From an uncultured Verrucomicrobiae bacterium (GTDB taxonomy: Bacteria; Verrucomicrobiota; Verrucomicrobiia; Chthoniobacterales; UBA10450): a DNA stretch of 64,000 bases. Positions 58,953 through 64,000 of the stretch are shown in pieces. Position 1 is the first letter of the stretch; each line of letters starts with the position of its first letter. The stretch covers positions 1,024,001 through 1,088,000 of the forward strand of contig CAVTMK010000002.1 in assembly GCA_963735805.1 (NCBI GenBank). The letters run 5' to 3'. Made by a program: the position numbers and the translations under genes. The notes below the pieces were generated by a model. That model saw only the letters and a list, made by a program, of their open reading frames with translations, was not told the DNA's origin and ran no database searches.

Positions 58953-59792
58953 TTATCCCTCCTGATTTTTTGACGACGTTTTCGCCTCTGAGCCGCCTGA
59001 TTTCGATGAGCTTTTCTTTCGTCGCGTGCTTTTTTTGTGCGAACGCTTGGATTTGCGATGTTCAGATTTCGACACCTTGGTTTGATCGATGTACGGTTGC
59101 AACGGAATGCTTTCTCCCGTTGCCACTCGCGTCGTCGAAAGGGGGCTCCCCACGGTGTTGCGACCGCGGATGCCAGCTGCAATTTCTTCTGCGAGCTTTT
59201 GGCGATAAGAAGCGGTTTGCGCGAGGGCGGCTTCGGTGGGGTTGGTTAGAAAGCCACATTCCACAAGCACTGCAGGAACATTGGTTTTACGCAGGACAAA
59301 ATAACCCCGGCGCCGCACATTGCGATTTGAGGAGGGCGCTCCGCCGGCTACGTAGTAATGGATCGCCGAAGCCAGCGGAAGGCTCTCGCGGCTGTAAAAA
59401 TATGTTTCGATTCCACCGGCTCCGCTCCGTTTAGCAGAGTTGAAATGGACGGAAACGAAAATGGCATTGGGATAAGAGTTGGTGATCGCAACACGTGTTC
59501 CGAGTGGCACAAACACGTCGCTGTCGCGCGTCATTACCACGCGATATCCGTTTGCAGCGAGCACCTTTTTCAACCGTTGCGCGACGTCAAGGGTCATATC
59601 CTTTTCCGAAACCCTCTGGCCTGGAATTCCGCCGCGGTCGTAACCGCCATGACCCGCATCGATCACTACGGTAGTAGTCGAACCGCTGTCTCGAGAAGCA
59701 CGCTTTGCCTGAGCCGTGGAGAAAACGACGCATTGCAAGAATACGATCAGCAAGCTGGCGGCAAGACGGAGTCGGTAAAGATTTCTCGGCAT
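58953..59792 (-). CDS. N-acetylmuramoyl-L-alanine amidase (Amidase_3)
   Basis: IDAGHGG, EK, SVHFN, VLVECGF. Confidence 0.92.
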   Translation of the reverse strand: MPRNLYRLRLAASLLIVFLQCVVFSTAQAKRASRDSGSTTTVVIDAGHGGYDRGGIPGQRVSEKDMTLDVAQRLKKVLAANGYRVVMTRDSDVFVPLGTRVAITNSYPNAIFVSVHFNSAKRSGAGGIETYFYSRESLPLASAIHYYVAGGAPSSNRNVRRRGYFVLRKTNVPAVLVECGFLTNPTEAALAQTASYRQKLAEEIAAGIRGRNTVGSPLSTTRVATGESIPLQPYIDQTKVSKSEHRKSKRSHKKSTRRKKSSSKSGGSEAKTSSKNQEG

Positions 59793-59794
59793 CG

Positions 59795-60757
59795 TTAATT
59801 GTCCTTCGGCGGTTCGGGTGGACGAGCGGATAATTTCGGCGCCGTGCCACGCGAACGTTGCGCGGCCGGCGATTCGATCGTGCCACCGCGCACTGCCACT
59901 TCGCCATTTGGTGCGCGGATGAGACGTGGCCGCGTTTTGGTTTCCATAAAGGAAGAATGCGCCAGCAGTTCACCATTCAAACCAATGCGCGAATACGCCC
60001 ATGCGCGTGGGGCGGAACAATGCAGAACATGCAATTGATTTGCGTGGTCGATTTCTGCCTGTGGCTCTTCAAAGGCAATCGCTCTGCCTAACGAATAAGT
60101 CGCATAGACAATTCCGGTATCCCTGTCCTCTACGCGCACGTACAGAGAAGTATGGTCCGGAAACCGGTTGGTGAGAAGAGAGTACGTTCGCACGTTCCCC
60201 GGCGCCGCAACGCCATCCGGAATACCGACTGTTTGTTGCCACACAGGCCGCGCATCGGTTACTTCAAAGACTCGCGTTGGCGAATAAAAAAACTTCCCCA
60301 GGTCGGCAAAGTAAACATGGGTCCGCACGTGATAAGTGCCGAGATCTTGCACAGGATAAAGTGGAGTCAGATTAACCTGATGCGTTACTCTCTGCCCAGT
60401 CCCGACCTTCAAAGGCGGTTGGCTGTTTTCGGTGCTGACCGGGGCGATGGGCTGATCTTCATTTCCTGTTATTTCAAACCCAAGCCACGATTGTCCTTCG
60501 GCATCATGAAGGTCAATGTCTCGTCCCGCCAGGTTGGTGATGCTCAGTGTCGCCACGACCGGTTCATGGGCGATGTACTGCAATCTTTTGAATTTCAGGT
60601 CCACCTGAACTTGTGCTTGGGCTTTCGCAGCGATGACGAGAAGACACGCGATGTTTAGGATGGATCTGATCTGGCGCCGTAACGACGAAATCGAAATGAA
60701 GCAGTTGGTTAAGACGTTGAAAGAGTCAAAAAAGTTACAACGTTTACGCATCGCCAC
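59795..60757 (-). CDS. Exported hypothetical protein (true start probably downstream of 60757)
   Basis: Long ORF co-oriented and adjacent to the amidase; signal-like segment ending AQA. Confidence 0.7.
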   Translation of the reverse strand: MAMRKRCNFFDSFNVLTNCFISISSLRRQIRSILNIACLLVIAAKAQAQVQVDLKFKRLQYIAHEPVVATLSITNLAGRDIDLHDAEGQSWLGFEITGNEDQPIAPVSTENSQPPLKVGTGQRVTHQVNLTPLYPVQDLGTYHVRTHVYFADLGKFFYSPTRVFEVTDARPVWQQTVGIPDGVAAPGNVRTYSLLTNRFPDHTSLYVRVEDRDTGIVYATYSLGRAIAFEEPQAEIDHANQLHVLHCSAPRAWAYSRIGLNGELLAHSSFMETKTRPRLIRAPNGEVAVRGGTIESPAAQRSRGTAPKLSARPPEPPKDN

Positions 60758-60823
60758 TCTTTTCAGCCAATCTTTGCAATCTTTTTAACTTTGTAACGCT
60801 CGCAACTTTCGCTCTCGTGGCGT

Positions 60824-61930
60824 TCATGGTGCCGAGCCGTTCTCGGACGCAGGAAAGAGCTGCAAGAGTCGCGAAGGTTTGGCCTGAACGGCCTGCAGTT
60901 TATCGTCGTAATAAATTCGAACCCTGTATCCCAGATATTTTCGCTTTGCGCTATCTGCGGTGGAACCTTTAACGCTTCGACCTTTTTGACCAGGTCGAAC
61001 GGTTGCCGCTGCTTCAGAAAGCGATGACTCCGGCGAGCCGACTCCCGTTTTCGGGCGGAGATAACTGACCGACAGCACTTCGGGGGTCGCGTCCGTCCAA
61101 TCGTGCTTTGGCGTCAGCCACTCGTAATTCACGTCTGCATCGGTGAGCTTTACGTCCTTGTCACCAACCGTGTCATAAAATTCCACCAAAATTTTTACTT
61201 TGGTATGATCGACCGTTGCGCCTGGCTGTTTTTTTATACCGATCCGCAAGGCGAGGTTGGTCTCGGCGTCCGGATCAGGCGTCTCAACAGCTTTGACTTC
61301 CGCAATCCCCATGACAGAGCCTTCCGGGTTGCCGCCAGTGTCCTTGTTCGCTGTGGCATCCAGTGATGGGCTCGCCATGCCAGTTTCTGCTGTGGCGGGC
61401 GTTGATACTCCCAACTTTAGTCGCTGATTAGCCAACTCATAAGCTTCCCCGGTCGAGGGCCCCATGTCGTGTAATTTACGCCACATTTCGTTCGACTTGT
61501 CATAAAGCTGCATGGAATCGTACGTCTTGGCTATCTCCTCGAGCAGGGTGACGTTGTTGGGTTCGCTGTCCAGCGCTTCCTCGAAGCGGGCGAGAGCATT
61601 TGTTGTATCACCACGGTCACGCAGTTCGACGCCTTCTCGCAACAGCTGATCGACAAGAGACGGAGGAGGCGTTTGTGCGACGGCTTCAGGTGAAGGAGCG
61701 GTCTGCGTCGCTGGTGCAGGGGGCGCAGGTGTTGAGACGGGAGGAGCCGCGGGTCGAGCGATGGTTGTCGCGACGGCCTGTGCCGGTACCGGCGCCCGCG
61801 CAGGCTGCACCCGAGCGATATAATAGGAAATGACAGCGAAGATTTCGGCGACCGCCAGAATCACAACCAGGCCGAGCCCGACGTTAAAACTTGGATCAAC
61901 CTGCGTAGCCCGTGAAAGAAGAGTCCGCAT
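60824..61930 (-). CDS. Membrane-anchored TPR protein
   Basis: TM helix, Pro/Ala linker, TPR helices, beta-rich C-terminal domain. Confidence 0.7.
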   Translation of the reverse strand: MRTLLSRATQVDPSFNVGLGLVVILAVAEIFAVISYYIARVQPARAPVPAQAVATTIARPAAPPVSTPAPPAPATQTAPSPEAVAQTPPPSLVDQLLREGVELRDRGDTTNALARFEEALDSEPNNVTLLEEIAKTYDSMQLYDKSNEMWRKLHDMGPSTGEAYELANQRLKLGVSTPATAETGMASPSLDATANKDTGGNPEGSVMGIAEVKAVETPDPDAETNLALRIGIKKQPGATVDHTKVKILVEFYDTVGDKDVKLTDADVNYEWLTPKHDWTDATPEVLSVSYLRPKTGVGSPESSLSEAAATVRPGQKGRSVKGSTADSAKRKYLGYRVRIYYDDKLQAVQAKPSRLLQLFPASENGSAP

Positions 61931-62022
61931 GCAGCAATAAACCCCATTTCTGTAAGCGCGCCCTCGCCAAGCTGTCAACTCGGCTTCGCCGGACTAACTC
62001 GTTAAGACGAGCTACGAACGCT

Positions 62023-62493
62023 CTACCGCGAAATATCGTTCTGGCTCAGTAATTTGAATCCTTCACCCATTAGTACCGATGACGCGCATTCGGTATCGTC
62101 CAGGTGCAGAGCAATCGCAGCGAAGCCACGTGGCCGGATGAGCAGGGGATAAGCGAAATGGACATTCACTTCTGCCATGACCAGTGCGGCAAGCAGTTTC
62201 ACCAGGTTTGTGGCGACCTCTCGCACTTCCACAATCACGACTTCACAAACACCGAATGGCACGTTTTTTTCCCGGAACAATCTTTCCACTCGCGCCGGAT
62301 CACTCGCGATAATTCGAGCAATCGCCGAGTCGGTTGATTCGGACACGCTCAACGCCACAACGTGAGTGTTCTCTGTGGCGAGCAGTTTTACTACATCCAG
62401 CATTGCTCCCACCTTATTTGGCAGAAATACAGAGAACTGCTTCACCAGCGGCCCCTCCATTTTTGACGTTGTTTCCGGTAAATTTGCAGTCAT
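62023..62493 (-). CDS. Tandem ACT-domain protein
   Basis: KQFSVFLPNKVG...NVHFAY pattern. Confidence 0.8.
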   Translation of the reverse strand: MTANLPETTSKMEGPLVKQFSVFLPNKVGAMLDVVKLLATENTHVVALSVSESTDSAIARIIASDPARVERLFREKNVPFGVCEVVIVEVREVATNLVKLLAALVMAEVNVHFAYPLLIRPRGFAAIALHLDDTECASSVLMGEGFKLLSQNDISR

Positions 62494-62611
62494 TTCGAAT
62501 AGCGACGCCTTGCTGGAACATCCCATGGCGTGTCAGGCAAACTATCTCATTTACGGTCTTTAATTGGCAAACCAATATATTCGACGCCGGCTAAAGCGTT
62601 GAAGCGGAGTC

Positions 62612-62677
62612 GGTGGAAAGCGTTGTCTTCAACGCGTTGGTTCGGGCGGCTGTTATCGGCTTGGGGACAAGCCGATA
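62612..62677. repeat. Paired REP-like hairpins
   Basis: GCGTTG-TCTT-CAACGC and TATCGGCTTG-GGGA-CAAGCCGATA. Confidence 0.65.
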
Positions 62678-62748
62678 CGTTTAATCGCTTTCAACGTTGC
62701 GCCTTGATTGAGGCTGTTCAATTCGCCTGACGTCTATATACTGTCGCA

Positions 62749-62820
62749 ATGATTGCCGGCGCGCATTTTATCCTTTTCAGCAGGGATCAGGAAGCAGATC
62801 GTGGAGCGCGTTCTACTTGA
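62749..62820 (+). pseudogene. 23-aa N-terminal remnant of a VOC/extradiol-dioxygenase-like gene
   Basis: MIAGAHFILFSRDQEADR resembles the start of this family; preceded by TATACT-6 nt-ATG. Confidence 0.5.
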
Positions 62821-62870
62821 AAACGGCGAGGCATTAATCGCAAACTTCGCAATGCTTGGATTCGCCCTCG

Positions 62871-64000
62871 ATGGATGAAGAAAATGAATTAATCGCTTTG
62901 CGGCGCAAAAAACTCGACGCGCTTCGCGCGAAAGGTGTCGAGCCATTCGGCAGTGCCTTTGAGGTGACCGGATCGATTGCTGAGGTGCGCGAAAAGTTTA
63001 AGGAAGGAGAGAGCCTTCGGGCAGCGGGGCGCGTCACGGCGCATCGTGACATGGGCAAAAGTCATTTCCTCGATCTGCGCGACGCCACAGGTCGCATTCA
63101 AATCTACATCCACGCGAAAGAAGTCGGGGCGGAGCTGATCGACCTCTTTCCGTTGCTGGATCTTGGCGATTTTATCGCGGTGGAAGGAACCTGTTTTGTG
63201 ACCAAAAGCGGGGAACCAACATTGAAAGTGCACGCATTCCAATTGCTGGCGAAAACGTTGAGGCCGCTTCCTGAAAAATGGCATGGCTTATCGGACATCG
63301 AGACGCGCTATCGGCAACGTTATCTGGACCTGATTACCAACGAACGTTCCCGCGCAGTGTTCGAAAAGCGCATCGCTATCGTGCGCGAAACCCGGCACTT
63401 CCTGGAGGAGCGCGGCTTTGTTGAAGTCGAGACGCCGATTTTGCAAACAATCGCTGGTGGCGCAGCCGCCGAACCATTCATAACGCATCACAAAGCGCTT
63501 GGTCTCGATCTTTACCTGCGCATCGCCCTGGAGCTTTACTTGAAACGTTTGCTCGTGGGCGGCTTCAATAAGGTGTTTGAAATCAGCCGTAACTTTCGCA
63601 ACGAAGGCATTTCCAGAAAGCACAATCCCGAATTCACAATGCTCGAAGCCTACTGGGCGTACGCAGATTGGGAGAAAATGGCGGATCTGGTTGAGGAATT
63701 AATCTGTTATCTCGCGGAGAAAATTTGCGGTTCGCTAGCGGTCGAACATCGTGATTCCGAAGAAAAGATTGTTCGTACGATCAACTTGAAACGGCCCTGG
63801 CGCCGTGCGCGTTATCACGACGTGGTACGCGAAGTCGCCGGGAAAGATTGGTTTGAGTTATCCCCGGACAAGCGGCGCGACCGCGCCACCAAACAATTCA
63901 AGTTGGAGATCCTTCCGCAACTGGCTGATTTCGAAGTGACGCAGCATGTGTTTGAAAAGCTCGTGGAGGAGAAAACGATTGACCCTTTGTTTGTAACCCA
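62871..64000 (+). CDS. lysS: Lysyl-tRNA synthetase class II, 3' end outside the window
   Basis: Manual translation: MDEENELIALRRKKL, RPLPEKWHGL, RYRQRYLDL, EVETP, GGAAAEPF, FRNEG...HNPEFTMLE. Confidence 0.96.
   Translation, partial: MDEENELIALRRKKLDALRAKGVEPFGSAFEVTGSIAEVREKFKEGESLRAAGRVTAHRDMGKSHFLDLRDATGRIQIYIHAKEVGAELIDLFPLLDLGDFIAVEGTCFVTKSGEPTLKVHAFQLLAKTLRPLPEKWHGLSDIETRYRQRYLDLITNERSRAVFEKRIAIVRETRHFLEERGFVEVETPILQTIAGGAAAEPFITHHKALGLDLYLRIALELYLKRLLVGGFNKVFEISRNFRNEGISRKHNPEFTMLEAYWAYADWEKMADLVEELICYLAEKICGSLAVEHRDSEEKIVRTINLKRPWRRARYHDVVREVAGKDWFELSPDKRRDRATKQFKLEILPQLADFEVTQHVFEKLVEEKTIDPLFVT

Noticed and set aside
62734..63623. Minus-strand ORFs near the right edge
   Set aside because: Mostly antisense to lysS, with no recognisable motifs.

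Overview
A gene-dense bacterial chromosomal window, most likely from a soil Verrucomicrobium (Chthoniobacterales, Ca. Udaeobacter-like). That assignment is inferred from the gene families and intergenic repeat types, not from a marker gene. Housekeeping genes include nadE (partial), fabI, coaE-rho-rnd, moeB, moeA, lpxA, radC, a polyprenyl synthase, pyrF, ispE, uvrB, nnr, an amidase, lysS (partial) and tRNA-Ser(GCT). Accessory or unusual elements: (1) a three-cassette integron-type attC array with no integrase in the window (42915-44547), apparently inserted exactly at the lpxA stop codon and carrying two paralogous small lipoproteins plus a DHFR/RibD-C family gene; (2) a three-gene unit of FecR-domain protein, FecR-domain/beta-solenoid protein and outer-membrane beta-barrel (13590-18597) with no sigma factor or TonB receptor, a candidate undescribed export or surface system; (3) a leaderless 26-aa Cys/His-rich ORF overlapping the start of a multicopper oxidase, a candidate metal-sensing leader peptide; (4) a near-complete tryptophan-kynurenine-3-hydroxyanthranilate-2-aminomuconate pathway cluster (21976-35239) lacking kynB; (5) a small islet at the tRNA-Ser 3' end; (6) several palindromic and short tandem repeat families, some translated in frame inside housekeeping genes or containing their apparent start codons; (7) repeated leaderless-type promoter architecture. 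All calls come from motif reading and recall of protein families; no database searches were run.
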